64,000 nt of DNA from Alphaproteobacteria bacterium (GCA_046344715.1 JBKDKX010000016.1:4194-68193), one strand, 5' to 3'; positions 41,387 through 51,512 are shown, counted from the stretch's first letter. The notes: generated by a model from the sequence alone, not told the origin. Numbers and translations are program-made.

Positions 41387-43189
41387 CTATTCATCCCCCA
41401 TCTTGAGTGCGGCCAGGAAGGCGGATTGTGGGATATTGACGTTGCCGATCTCGCGCATTTTCTTTTTACCTTTTTTCTGCTTGTCGAGCAGTTTGCGCTT
41501 GCGCGATACGTCACCGCCATAGCATTTCGCCAATACGTCTTTGCGCATGGCGGAAATTGTTTCGCGGGCGATGATTTTGCCGCCAATTGCCGCCTGAATA
41601 GGGATGGCGAACATGTGTTTAGGTATCAGGTCTTTTAAGCGTTCGCACAGGCGGCGGCCACGGAAATCCGACTGCGTGCGGTGCACGATGAGTGCCAGCG
41701 CATCCACCGGCTCGCCATTTACCAGTATGTTTAATTTCACCAAATCACTTTCTGCATAATCAGTGATTTCATAATCGAAGCTGGCATAGCCCTTAGAGCA
41801 GCTTTTCAGGCGGTCATAAAAATCGAACACCACTTCGTTCAGCGGCAGTTTATACACTAACATGGCGCGGCTGCCCACATAGGTCAGGTTTTCCTGCACG
41901 CCGCGTTTTTCCGTGCAAAGCGAAAGGATATTACCGAGGTAATCATCCGGCGTCATGATGGTGGCGCGAATCCACGGCTCATCAATATGGTCAATTTTTG
42001 TGACATCCGGCATATCATTCGGGTTGTGCAGTTCGATATGTGTGCCGTCGGTCATATACAGGCGATATACCACGCTTGGCGCGGTGGTGATGAGATCCAG
42101 GTCAAACTCGCGCTCAAGCCGCTCCTGAATAATTTCCAGATGCAACATGCCAAGGAAACCGCAGCGGAAACCAAAGCCAAGCGCGGTGGAGCTTTCGGTT
42201 TCAAATTCAAAGCTCGCATCATTTAAGCGCAGCTTGGCGAGGCTGTCTTTTAAGTGCTCAAATTCGCCCGCATCGGTGGGGTATAACCCGCAGAACACCA
42301 CGGACTGCGACGGTTTGAAACCGGGCAGGGGAGCATCCGCCGGGCGGCGTTCTTCGGTGATGGTGTCACCAATTTTGCAATCTGCCACCAGCTTGATGCC
42401 GGTGATGATATAGCCCACTTCGCCGGGCAGCAATTCGGTTACCGGCACTTTTTTGGGCGTGAATACGCCGAGCTGCTCAACGGTGTAGGCCGCGCCATTG
42501 CTCATCATGCGGATTTTGGCACCCTTGGAAAGTGTGCCTTCTTTAACGCGCACAAGGATGATTACCCCTAGGTAGGTATCATACCAACTATCCACCAGCA
42601 TAGCTTTAAGCGGTGCCTTCTCATCGCCAGTTGGCGCAGGCAGGCGGGTGACGATGGCTTCTAGCACTTCTTCAATGCCGATACCGGTTTTAGCAGAAAT
42701 CATCAGCGCGTCCGATGCATCAATGCCGATAACTTCTTCGATCTGCGCTTTGGCCTTTTCAGGGTCGGCGGCAGGCAGGTCAATTTTATTTAATACCGGC
42801 ACCATTTCATGCCCGGCATCCATCGCTTTATAGACGTTGGCGAGTGTCTGTGCTTCCACGCCCTGCGACGCATCTACAACAAGCAGCGAACCCTCGCACG
42901 CAGCAAGGCAGCGCGATACTTCGTAGCCAAAATCCACGTGGCCAGGGGTGTCCATCAAATTCAGCGTGTAGGTTTGGCCATCCTTGGCTTTGTATTTCAG
43001 GCGCACGGTTTGCGCTTTAATGGTAATGCCGCGCTCTTTTTCAATATCCATGGAGTCGAGCACCTGCTCGGTCATCTCGCGCGCTTCTAAGCCACCACAC
43101 ACCTGAATCAGGCGGTCGGCTAGTGTCGATTTCCCATGATCAATATGGGCGATGATAGAGAAGTTACGGATTTTCGATAAGTCGGTCAT
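41387..43189 (-). CDS. lepA: Translation elongation factor 4
   Basis: [33 protein letters not shown] and the LepA C-terminal domain. Confidence 0.95.
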   Translation of the reverse strand: MTDLSKIRNFSIIAHIDHGKSTLADRLIQVCGGLEAREMTEQVLDSMDIEKERGITIKAQTVRLKYKAKDGQTYTLNLMDTPGHVDFGYEVSRCLAACEGSLLVVDASQGVEAQTLANVYKAMDAGHEMVPVLNKIDLPAADPEKAKAQIEEVIGIDASDALMISAKTGIGIEEVLEAIVTRLPAPTGDEKAPLKAMLVDSWYDTYLGVIILVRVKEGTLSKGAKIRMMSNGAAYTVEQLGVFTPKKVPVTELLPGEVGYIITGIKLVADCKIGDTITEERRPADAPLPGFKPSQSVVFCGLYPTDAGEFEHLKDSLAKLRLNDASFEFETESSTALGFGFRCGFLGMLHLEIIQERLEREFDLDLITTAPSVVYRLYMTDGTHIELHNPNDMPDVTKIDHIDEPWIRATIMTPDDYLGNILSLCTEKRGVQENLTYVGSRAMLVYKLPLNEVVFDFYDRLKSCSKGYASFDYEITDYAESDLVKLNILVNGEPVDALALIVHRTQSDFRGRRLCERLKDLIPKHMFAIPIQAAIGGKIIARETISAMRKDVLAKCYGGDVSRKRKLLDKQKKGKKKMREIGNVNIPQSAFLAALKMGDE

Positions 43190-43481
43190 GGTTAAGTCGA
43201 TGAGTTTATACGTCTGTAAGTGAATGTATGGGCGCGGAAATTAGTGAATTTATAGGGTTCTGTCTACTCTATAAGTCGATAAATGAGTCCATGAGTCGAT
43301 AAGTAGGAGTTGTTGATACAGGAACTAGAAAATTCATAGGGTTACTGAGGGAAAAGTTCAGGCTCTAGCAGTGCCAGTAAAAAACAGTCAATGGATGTAT
43401 TTTTCCCCTTCCGGTGTGTAACACTCGCGCGTACCTTAATAAATATAGGCTCGAATCAGTCTGATTTGATGACGTGAATGG

Positions 43482-44786
43482 TTATCGACTAAAACTAGCA
43501 GCAATTTCAAGGTGTGGGCTGTAAACAAACTGGTCGATGGCCTCGGCTTGGCTGAGGGTAAAACCAGCATTTTTGAGCACTTTGGCATCACGGGCGAAGG
43601 TGCCCGGGTTGCAGGAAATCATCACCACGCGGCTAATGCCGGATGCAGCAATTTCTTCCACCTGACGTTTTGCGCCCGGGCGCGGTGGGTTTATGACCAC
43701 GGCCTCGAATCCTGAAAGTTCTTTTTGTGAAAGCGGGGCATGGAAAAGGTCGCGGCACTCAGCAGTAAGCACTTCTTCAAGCTGGTGTTTCTTTGCTGCT
43801 TTTTTAATGTGCGATACCATACCGGCATGGCTTTCCACCGCGTGGACTTTATGCGTCTTGGTCATCGGAAAACTATAGGTGCCCACGCCTGAAAATAAAT
43901 CCGCTATTTTACCCTCTTGGGGTATATGCGTACTTACAAAGTCTGTGAGCTTTTGTTGTGCTTCAGCGGAGGATTGCAAGAAGGCATCGGCGGGCAGGGC
44001 GATGGAATATTCCCCTAGCATAATTTCTGTTGGCCTGCGCGATACCACAATTCTTGGTTCCGAATTATTTATCTGCATACTTAAGCGGGAAACATCTGTG
44101 CGTTCTGAAAGTTTTAGCAGTGCTTCACTGGTAAGTTCCTGCTTGAGCACCAGCAGCATATCAATGCCGGTTTCAAGCTCGGTAAGCTTTACGGATTTGA
44201 CGTGTTCCACGCCTTTGAGATCACCGAGTGCTTTGCTGAGCGGAAATAAAAATGACTGTAGCGGCTTGGTAAGTATCAGGCATTTTTCTATGGGTAATAA
44301 TTCATTGGTGCCCGGGCGGAAATACGCCATTTGCGTAATACCCCCCATACGGTATACACGCATCTCCACGCGCCGCCGGCTATTTGCTGGAAGAAATGTC
44401 ACAGCCGCATCCGGTAAATCATGGCCAGACTGCCTGATTGCAGAATGAAACATCTGCGTTTTGAAATCTTTATAGGCCTGCTCTTTGAGTTGTTGCAATG
44501 AGCATCCACCACACGATTCAAAATGCCTGCAAGGGGGTATCCCTCGGTTTTCTCCACCCTTGAGTATCTCTGCAATTTCACCACGTAATTCTGTGCTGGT
44601 TTCTTTGAGCACACGCACGCGCAAGTGATCGCCCACCACGGTTTTTGGCACGAACAGTGGCTTACCGCCGACATCAGCAATGCCGTCACCTAACCCGCCG
44701 AGGGAGGTGATGGTGGTTTCTATATGGGAAATGTTAGGCAATGATATCTGGGTAGACCTGTTGCTCGATGCGAATAATTTCGTCAC
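43482..44786 (-). CDS. 23S rRNA (uracil-5-)-methyltransferase RlmD/RumA family
   Basis: TRAM-like N-terminus, an Fe-S Cys cluster CRHFESCGGCSLQ, SAM motifs DLFSGVGTYS and NPPRPG, and the catalytic SCNP. The true start may be the TTG at 44741. Confidence 0.8.
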   Translation of the reverse strand: MTKLFASSNRSTQISLPNISHIETTITSLGGLGDGIADVGGKPLFVPKTVVGDHLRVRVLKETSTELRGEIAEILKGGENRGIPPCRHFESCGGCSLQQLKEQAYKDFKTQMFHSAIRQSGHDLPDAAVTFLPANSRRRVEMRVYRMGGITQMAYFRPGTNELLPIEKCLILTKPLQSFLFPLSKALGDLKGVEHVKSVKLTELETGIDMLLVLKQELTSEALLKLSERTDVSRLSMQINNSEPRIVVSRRPTEIMLGEYSIALPADAFLQSSAEAQQKLTDFVSTHIPQEGKIADLFSGVGTYSFPMTKTHKVHAVESHAGMVSHIKKAAKKHQLEEVLTAECRDLFHAPLSQKELSGFEAVVINPPRPGAKRQVEEIAASGISRVVMISCNPGTFARDAKVLKNAGFTLSQAEAIDQFVYSPHLEIAASFSR

Positions 44787-44922
44787 GGAGTTGTAACTTC
44801 ATTTTCTTAAAACGTTGACGAGAGAATTCATCCAAGCCGGTAGTTTCGATTTGTAAATCAAGGTCACGGTGTTGTAGACGAAGCGACTCCAGCCGCTTAA
44901 TCAGCATCAGGTCTTCATTCAT
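44734..44922 (-). CDS. DUF465 (YdcH-like) small protein
   Basis: The L..L...H..LD..I and LKK.KL.LKDEI pattern. Confidence 0.6.
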   Translation of the reverse strand: MNEDLMLIKRLESLRLQHRDLDLQIETTGLDEFSRQRFKKMKLQLRDEIIRIEQQVYPDIIA

Positions 44923-45015
44923 GGCGTTTGTTCCGAATATGTAAAATCGAAGGTGATTATAACAAAAAATAGCCGGAAAATCACATGTTTTTTGAGTTAT
45001 TTTTCATGAAAGAAC

Positions 45016-45588
45016 TTAGGCATTCAGCCCTTCCCAACGCTTTACAAGCGTATGGGAAATATCAAATATATCCAGTATACGGCCTACCGTATGACCCACT
45101 ATATCTTGAATAGACTGGGGCTTATTGTAATAAGCCGGCACAGGCGGGGCGATAATTCCGCCCATTTCAGAGACAGAAAGCATGTTCTTCAAATGGGCAT
45201 TGGTAAGCGGGGTTTCGCGCACCATAAGCACCAACTTACGGCGTTCTTTGAGCACAACATCAGCGGCCCGGGAAAGTAGAGAGCTGGTATTAGCGGTAGC
45301 GATTTCCGCAAGGCTACGCATGGAGCAGGGCGCAACCACCATGCCTTCCGTTTTGAAGGAACCGCTGGAAATTGCTGCCGCTAAATCCTGTGGGGAGTAA
45401 AAATAATCCGCCATCGCATGTACCTGTGGGAGGGTATATTCTGTCTCATGGGCGATGGTGATTTGCGCAGTTTTACTTACGACCAGATGGCTTTCCACGC
45501 CTGCTTCGCGCAAGGCCTTCAGCATTTCGATGCCATAAATGGCGCCGGATGCGCCGCTGATACCAACGATGAGTCGTTTTTTTGTCAT
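45016..45588 (-). CDS. ubiX: Flavin prenyltransferase UbiX
   Basis: KRLIVGISGASGAIYG, VVAPCSM and LVLMVRETPL motifs. Confidence 0.9.
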   Translation of the reverse strand: MTKKRLIVGISGASGAIYGIEMLKALREAGVESHLVVSKTAQITIAHETEYTLPQVHAMADYFYSPQDLAAAISSGSFKTEGMVVAPCSMRSLAEIATANTSSLLSRAADVVLKERRKLVLMVRETPLTNAHLKNMLSVSEMGGIIAPPVPAYYNKPQSIQDIVGHTVGRILDIFDISHTLVKRWEGLNA

Positions 45589-45654
45589 ATTCCTAAAACA
45601 CAAATGCGGCAGATAAAAATATTACCTGCCGCATTCTTATGTTATGGGCACTGA

Positions 45655-47709
45655 TTACAGGTTGTTATCAGGCTCGACGTTGCAATTGTCAAAATTCGTT
45701 TGCGCGACTGACTTATTCCAACCTTTCTGGAAGTAAGAGTTAGCGCAGTTTACCGTGGTGTTGCCTGCAATACCGCCCGCGGATGGAGCAAGGTCACCAA
45801 GGTTTCCACCGGCTGCCGGAGCAAGATTGCCCAACTGGTCAGGTGAAAGGTTGCCGAGGTTTGCAGGAGGTGTGCCGCCCTGGCCAAGTACGCCAAGATC
45901 CAAGCCACCACGATGCGTGAAGAACGGATCAACATAAGTGAAGAACTTATCGTTGATCTCGAAGTCACGGATCGAGAGGAACGGCCTGTCGAGCGGATCA
46001 ATAATTTCATTATTGAACGACACTGGAGGTGTGGCCGGAGCTGGAGCTGGCTCAGGTTCTGGCTCAGGTTCTGGCTCAGGTGTAGGTTCTGGCTGCGGCT
46101 GTGGTGCAGGAGCTGGTGCAGGAGCTGGTGCTGGAGCAGGAGCTGGTGCTGGAGCAGGAGCCGGAGCCGGAGCTGGTGCCGGAGCCGGAGCTGGTGCTGG
46201 AGCAGGAGCTGGTGCTGGAGCAGGAGCTGGTGCTGGAGCAGGAGCCGGAGCCGGAGCTGGTGCCGGAGCCGGAGCTGGTGCAGGAGCCGGAGCTGGTGCA
46301 GGAGCTGGTGCCGGAGCTGGTGCTGGTGCCGGAGCCGGAGCTGGTGCAGGAGCTGGGCTTGGACCTTGGCCACAATCACCAATACCGTTTACTGTCGCAC
46401 ATGGGCGGATGGTGCTGCCATCATCACCTTCATGGATTTTACGACCCTGAAGTTCTGGCGTTACACCTACGATAAAGATGTTTTCTTCATCAAGGAATAT
46501 GCCGTTATTATCATATACGCCATTGCTGCGGCCATTGATGATTACCTGGCCATCACCGGAAGGTGTACCGTTTTGCGTGGCATCAAGTGTTGCTTGCGAT
46601 GCAATATTTACGAGGCGATCATAACTGGTGTTATATACATCAGCATCTATCAGTATATCGCCGCCTGTATTGTTTGCACTATGTGAATCTAGCGTTACCT
46701 GGCCGGATGTGCCACCGCTGATAAGAATAGCGTTATCATTAATAGTAGTGTTGGTTGCTTTTGCTTTAATAGAGATATTACCACCTGCTTGAGAGGTGCC
46801 ATCGGTGCGCAAGGATGTCTGGCCAGTATCACCAGTAATAGAGATTACGTTGTCATATACACCGTTCAGTACATCAGCGCTGATGGTAATGGTGCCACCA
46901 GCCGTACTGGTGCCACTTGCGTTTAGTGAAGATTGGCCGCTGATTTGGATGGCATTGGCCATGTTAGCTGCAACTACTGGGCTGGTTACTTCGTAAGAGA
47001 GTAAGCCATCGCCTACAGGGTCAAGCGCAACCTGGAACGTCTGGCCTGCGCCAATAGCGATGTCGCCACCGCGTGCGATGAGCGATGCGCCATCGTTGAT
47101 TACAACGCGCTGGCCTTGCAGCACGATTTCACGGCCATTGCCAACACTCAGCGTTGAGTCTGTAACTGTGACGGTTGCGTTAACTGCACCAGCCTGATCA
47201 TAGTTCAACGTGTTGTTGCCAGCCATGAAGCCTGCAGTATCAGAAATGCCACGCGTGCTGATGGTGAGGCCGCCGCTAACGTTCATGGTTGCGCCATTTA
47301 CGTGGAAGCCGTTATTGTTGACAAGGATTACGCGACCATTAGCACTGAGCGTGCCTTGGAAGCTGGTTGCCGGACCAGAAATACGGTTAAGTGCAATAGC
47401 AGAAGAGTTTGGTTGGAAGAAAGCCACCGTCTGACCAGAAGTAGTGTCAAAGCCTGTCCAATCAATGATTACACGACTCGTAGACTGCTGAATGATGGTG
47501 GTGTTTGGCGCTGTAATGATATTTGCAGTACCGCTTACGACAGTTCCACCCGTTGGATCAGCGTGTACAAGTGTTGGGACAAGCGCCGTTGCAAACGCTG
47601 TGATGCTTGCGATGGCCTTCGCGGAGAGGACAGTGGTGTTCTTGAGCACATGATCCGGCACGACTACCGAACAGATTGCATTTTTCAGGTGTGTCTTAGT
47701 GGTTTTCAT
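45655..47709 (-). CDS. Short two-partner-secretion exoprotein (TpsA) with a haemagglutination-activity domain and a giant Pro-Ala tract
   Basis: TPS domain: GGTVVSGTANI..IIDWTGF..ALNRISG..ANGRVILVNNNGFHV. This is followed by beta-helix-like repeats, then a (PA)n/(PE)n tract, then a ~110 aa C-terminal domain with GNL repeats. Confidence 0.8.
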   Translation of the reverse strand: MKTTKTHLKNAICSVVVPDHVLKNTTVLSAKAIASITAFATALVPTLVHADPTGGTVVSGTANIITAPNTTIIQQSTSRVIIDWTGFDTTSGQTVAFFQPNSSAIALNRISGPATSFQGTLSANGRVILVNNNGFHVNGATMNVSGGLTISTRGISDTAGFMAGNNTLNYDQAGAVNATVTVTDSTLSVGNGREIVLQGQRVVINDGASLIARGGDIAIGAGQTFQVALDPVGDGLLSYEVTSPVVAANMANAIQISGQSSLNASGTSTAGGTITISADVLNGVYDNVISITGDTGQTSLRTDGTSQAGGNISIKAKATNTTINDNAILISGGTSGQVTLDSHSANNTGGDILIDADVYNTSYDRLVNIASQATLDATQNGTPSGDGQVIINGRSNGVYDNNGIFLDEENIFIVGVTPELQGRKIHEGDDGSTIRPCATVNGIGDCGQGPSPAPAPAPAPAPAPAPAPAPAPAPAPAPAPAPAPAPAPAPAPAPAPAPAPAPAPAPAPAPAPAPAPAPAPAPAPAPAPAPAPAPAPQPQPEPTPEPEPEPEPEPAPAPATPPVSFNNEIIDPLDRPFLSIRDFEINDKFFTYVDPFFTHRGGLDLGVLGQGGTPPANLGNLSPDQLGNLAPAAGGNLGDLAPSAGGIAGNTTVNCANSYFQKGWNKSVAQTNFDNCNVEPDNNL
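46031..46357. repeat. Tandem hexanucleotide-type repeat encoding the XP dipeptide tract (mostly Pro-Ala)
   Basis: Runs of gctggtgcaggagccgga-type units. All six frames give low-complexity ORFs (GAGAG, RSWC, ELVQ). Confidence 0.9.
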
Positions 47710-47895
47710 AGTGTACTCCGCAGTCTCATACTGTTAAGGTTATCAGCGAGGCTACTGCCTTTATAATCCGCTTAAACCCGATAGTTAAAATTTCGTTAAC
47801 TTTACTCATAAAAAAGGTAGAGTCAAGAAGTTTCCAAGGAACGGTCTAAAGCAGCAACATCGCCGGGAAATTTTATAAAATCATAAGGTTGGTGC

Positions 47896-49605
47896 CTAGA
47901 ACCGTCCCGTCATGCTAAAGAAAATACGAGGAGTGTTGGCATGGCCACCCTGATTGTTGGCTGGCCGCGTAAGCGGGTCGGCCACTTCAAGGTTGCCTGA
48001 GAGATTTTCGTTGAAGTTAGTGCGTAAACCAACTCCAGCTGAAGCAAGGCTTTGGCTGCCATCCACAGTGTCTTCTAGCCATACACGGCCGATATCATAA
48101 AATCCATAAAGCTGGAACGCCTGCAGTAATGGATCACCCAGCGTTTTCCCATAACGCAGCTCTACGCGGCCTGCTACGCCATGATCACCGGAGATTTCCG
48201 AAGGATCATAAGCACTGCCGAAAGAGGAGCCGCCAACAGAGAATTGTTCCGCAGCGAGCAGCTTATCAAATGAATACTGGCTGGTTGCAGCAGTAAACAG
48301 CGAGAAACCGTGTGGCAACGGCTGCGTGCGCGTGATATCAAAATTCACCTTGGTGAAATCCGCGCTGCCATCAGTGCGGGTGCGATCAGTGCCTGCATCG
48401 GTTGCGCCGAAAATATCCAACCCCTGACTCACCTGCAAATCCAAAAGATCCGCCCCACCGATCTGATCAACAAAGTCATAGGCTCCGCCGGCGCGCACAA
48501 CACGCAGCCTGTCTTTGTTCAGGTTGACATTGCCGAACACGTCAGTTTCGCTGTTACGCGTATCTGCAATGATGCGACCGTTCAGATTTTCCGCGCGTGA
48601 ACGCATGAATGGATGCACTAATTTTGCCTGAAAGAAATTAGAATGGCTATTAATGTCGAGTGATTTCAGAGAATCACCAGGCTTACTTTCCGTGAGAGAT
48701 CCGGACAGCACAAGGCGTGTTCCTTCATCGCTTATCTGCTGTTCATGCTGCAAATCAAAGAAACGCAACTCTTTGGTTGGGCTTGTGGTGATAAAGCGTA
48801 GCGCTGTGCGGTCATACAAGCCAAGCAGTGAGTTTGCCACCAAGGTAGCCGTATGCTGGAATGGGCCTACGAATTTGCTGCCGCGATTATCAATCGTATA
48901 CGATGCCTCGTAAGGTTTTTGTATCATGGTGACAACCATTTCGGCACTGCCGGCAGCGCGGCCAGGGCGCACGAGGCCTTTGGCGGTAGCACCTGGAAGA
49001 TCATCCATCAGAAGTAAATAGCGCTCAAGGTCAGCCACATTTACTGGCTTTTTTGCTTTCAGGCCTTCTGCATATAATTCAAGGCGTTTGCGTGCCTCAT
49101 CACCATCAACCTGGCCTTCAATACGCACATTGCTGATATACCCTTCAACAACATTGATACGCAGTGTGCCTTTGCCGATATCCTGTGCGGGCACCACGGC
49201 CTGTGACAATACATACCCGTTGTCGCGATAATGAGCGGTGATGGCTTTCGCCATATTATTAACATCGAGCAGGGATATCTCCTGACCAATCTTACCTTCG
49301 TATACGAAAGCCAACTGCTCATCTGAATACAAAGAATTGCCTTCAACATTCACCTGCTTCAGTTTGAAGCGGGTTTTTTCAAGTTTTTTGCGCATTTCAT
49401 CGGAAATAGCTTGTTCCTGCTGTTCTGTTTTTAGGTTTGTAGCGGGCAGGGACTGTTCTGGTGTGCGGAAACGCTTTTCAAGGTTTGCCGGATTCACGGA
49501 TGTCGGCACGTTCTGAGCAAAGGCTGGATTCAGAGAGGATGCAGAGGCTGCAACTGCAAGAAGTACAACAAATGTAATCTGACGATTCGGGAGAGAAAAG
49601 GGCAT
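47896..49605 (-). CDS. TpsB transporter (ShlB/FhaC/HecB family, POTRA plus 16-strand barrel)
   Basis: Signal peptide, a POTRA region (LKQVNVEGNSLY...) and a barrel ending in SMTGRF. Confidence 0.85.
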   Translation of the reverse strand: MPFSLPNRQITFVVLLAVAASASSLNPAFAQNVPTSVNPANLEKRFRTPEQSLPATNLKTEQQEQAISDEMRKKLEKTRFKLKQVNVEGNSLYSDEQLAFVYEGKIGQEISLLDVNNMAKAITAHYRDNGYVLSQAVVPAQDIGKGTLRINVVEGYISNVRIEGQVDGDEARKRLELYAEGLKAKKPVNVADLERYLLLMDDLPGATAKGLVRPGRAAGSAEMVVTMIQKPYEASYTIDNRGSKFVGPFQHTATLVANSLLGLYDRTALRFITTSPTKELRFFDLQHEQQISDEGTRLVLSGSLTESKPGDSLKSLDINSHSNFFQAKLVHPFMRSRAENLNGRIIADTRNSETDVFGNVNLNKDRLRVVRAGGAYDFVDQIGGADLLDLQVSQGLDIFGATDAGTDRTRTDGSADFTKVNFDITRTQPLPHGFSLFTAATSQYSFDKLLAAEQFSVGGSSFGSAYDPSEISGDHGVAGRVELRYGKTLGDPLLQAFQLYGFYDIGRVWLEDTVDGSQSLASAGVGLRTNFNENLSGNLEVADPLTRPANNQGGHANTPRIFFSMTGRF

Positions 49606-49825
49606 AATTATAAACCATCCTTTTGAACGTTGTTTTTAGTGTACGCGGTAAATAAGTAACACCGCGACAAGAGTAATTTCTCAAACAATGACAACTAAGT
49701 AATTTTACGCAAACAGTAAATCGCTTTTTATCCACAAACAGTGATTCCGTAAAAGAAGACACGCTGTAGTCATAAAATTATCACAGTCAGGCATCTCAAT
49801 AATTGAGAAGCCTGAGGTAAAAATA

Positions 49826-50278
49826 TTAGTTCATACCTTGCAGGTACTGAAGCTGCTCAACTTGTGCGGACTGGTTCATGATGGCGGAGTTGATGATGTC
49901 AACACTCAGCGACTGTTGTATGGAAATCAGCATGTTGTCATCAAGATTCTGGATAATCTGCGGTTGCAGCAGCTCCTGGATCTGGCTAGCGGTAAGGGCT
50001 GCCTGCGCAAGATTTTCAGTATTCACACTGACGTTTTGCAGCGTATCAAGCCCAACCTGAACGTTGGAGTAGAAATTAAAACCAATCAACATGCCGTTGA
50101 CGTTGATGAACCCACCGCGCATCTCGGCTAGTTCTGCATCATCTACTGCAGCACTGTTACCAAAAGTTTCTCCGGACATCTCATCAAGATCGCCAGCCTG
50201 AGCTGATGACGTGATGAATACGTTTGTAATCACTGATATAGCGAGTGCAAAAATAGCAAATTTCTTAAAGCAAAACAT
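49826..50278 (-). CDS. Small secreted N/Q-rich protein with a Sec signal plus a double-glycine pro-peptide motif
   Basis: Signal peptide ...SSAQA, then VDDAELAEMRGG (E-8, L-7, M-4, G-2, G-1). The C-terminal part is Q/N/I/L-rich. Confidence 0.55.
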   Translation of the reverse strand: MFCFKKFAIFALAISVITNVFITSSAQAGDLDEMSGETFGNSAAVDDAELAEMRGGFINVNGMLIGFNFYSNVQVGLDTLQNVSVNTENLAQAALTASQIQELLQPQIIQNLDDNMLISIQQSLSVDIINSAIMNQSAQVEQLQYLQGMN

Positions 50279-50294
50279 AATATCTCCAAAAATC

Positions 50295-51020
50295 CTAATA
50301 ATATCCTGGTGAATATACGGTATTCAGCGCAACCGCGCCAAGTTGTCCGGTGGTGAGAGCATTACGAAACTGGGTGATGCCATAGGGCTTCCATGAATCG
50401 TCTGAGTTAAAGTTCTTTTTTGCGACCTGCATGTTATTGGTGATGACAAACAGAATGCCATTCCACATGGATTCAAACTCTTTGCGGTCATAAAACACAA
50501 GACCGAGCGTTGGGTCGCCCACGGAAACGCGGTTTTTATCAACGCCTTTTATTACCACAAAATGCAGATAATTTTTCTTGTTAATCAATACAATGGCGGG
50601 AATTTTCACTTTCGCGAGCTTATCAAGTGACTCGCGGAACCCTTCTGCTTCATACCCTATTGCATTGAGATACTGCTTCATATCCAGCAGTGAGAAACCT
50701 TCACGTTTAATTTTTTCTGCGTCACCATGTTGAATCATGGATTCCAAGGCTTCTATTTCAGAAATGGGGTGATCGTAATGATAGGTAAGTAGCGTGGCTA
50801 AAGCGGCTGATCCACAGCTGAAATCATATTTTTGCCTAACGACCTTGACATAGCGGCGTTCTAGGAATGTTTTGGTCTTTACCGTATAGTCACCGCCACC
50901 GCCTCGTATGTAAATGTCACTATTTGCTGAGGAGGGGGATGCAATTGAAGCGGTGGATAACAACACACCTGCCACCAGTGCCTGCCTGAATATAAATTTT
51001 GTGGTGATGGTGGCAGGCAT
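50295..51020 (-). CDS. Stand-alone exported C39-family cysteine peptidase
   Basis: N-terminal signal peptide, catalytic Cys context QKYDFSCGSAALATLL and His context LHFVVIKGVD. There is no ABC transporter domain. Confidence 0.75.
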   Translation of the reverse strand: MPATITTKFIFRQALVAGVLLSTASIASPSSANSDIYIRGGGGDYTVKTKTFLERRYVKVVRQKYDFSCGSAALATLLTYHYDHPISEIEALESMIQHGDAEKIKREGFSLLDMKQYLNAIGYEAEGFRESLDKLAKVKIPAIVLINKKNYLHFVVIKGVDKNRVSVGDPTLGLVFYDRKEFESMWNGILFVITNNMQVAKKNFNSDDSWKPYGITQFRNALTTGQLGAVALNTVYSPGYY

Positions 51021-51032
51021 GTGATTATGTAC

Positions 51033-51392
51033 TTATTGCAGGAAGTTCACGTTGACCGTGGTGGCTTGCTGTATGATCACATTATTTCCACTGTTCTGGA
51101 TAACGCTGGTTAGGCCAGCAACGTTGTTGAGCGCGCCCTCACTGATGCTGTTTGCACCCGATACGTTGTTGGAGGAGCTGTTGCCTTGCAGGTTAGCGGA
51201 CAGGTTTGAAGAAAGCAGGGTTACGTTATTAAACGTACCGCGATATGTATCGAGTTCGGCGTCATTCACGGCCACGCTAAAACTGAGTGATTCATCTTCA
51301 CCAGTGGCCAGTGTTTCTGCCATAGAGGTGACGGGCAGCATAGAAGCTGTGGTAACCATCAGGGTAAAAAATGTTTTAGCAAAGTTTTTCAT
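51033..51392 (-). CDS. Small secreted N/S/Q-rich protein, paralogue of 49826-50278
   Basis: Signal peptide MKNFAKTFFTLMVTTASMLPVTSMA, a pro-motif AVNDAELDTYRGTF, and a C-terminal motif GLTSVIQNSGNNVIIQQATTVNV. Confidence 0.5.
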   Translation of the reverse strand: MKNFAKTFFTLMVTTASMLPVTSMAETLATGEDESLSFSVAVNDAELDTYRGTFNNVTLLSSNLSANLQGNSSSNNVSGANSISEGALNNVAGLTSVIQNSGNNVIIQQATTVNVNFLQ

Positions 51393-51512
51393 AGTCTTTT
51401 CCGTTAGGCAGTGTCTGATTTTTATATTCTTCCTGAGAGGGTGGGGTTTTTTGCAAAACCCCACCATTCCCAAGACTTTTTGTAAGGAGCGAGCTCCTTA
51501 CGGTATCAACTC

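Noticed and set aside
46031-46357. Possible CRISPR array or other spaced repeat
   Set aside because: The repeat units are contiguous 6-18 bp units without unique spacers, and they lie inside a coding frame. No CRISPR-like array was seen anywhere in the window.
45750-46686. Multiple ORFs in the Pro-Ala repeat region (GAGAG..., RSWCRS..., ELVQE..., LRHQL... translations)
   Set aside because: They are frame artefacts of a short tandem repeat. Only the minus-strand frame is continuous with the TPS domain upstream and the C-terminal domain downstream.
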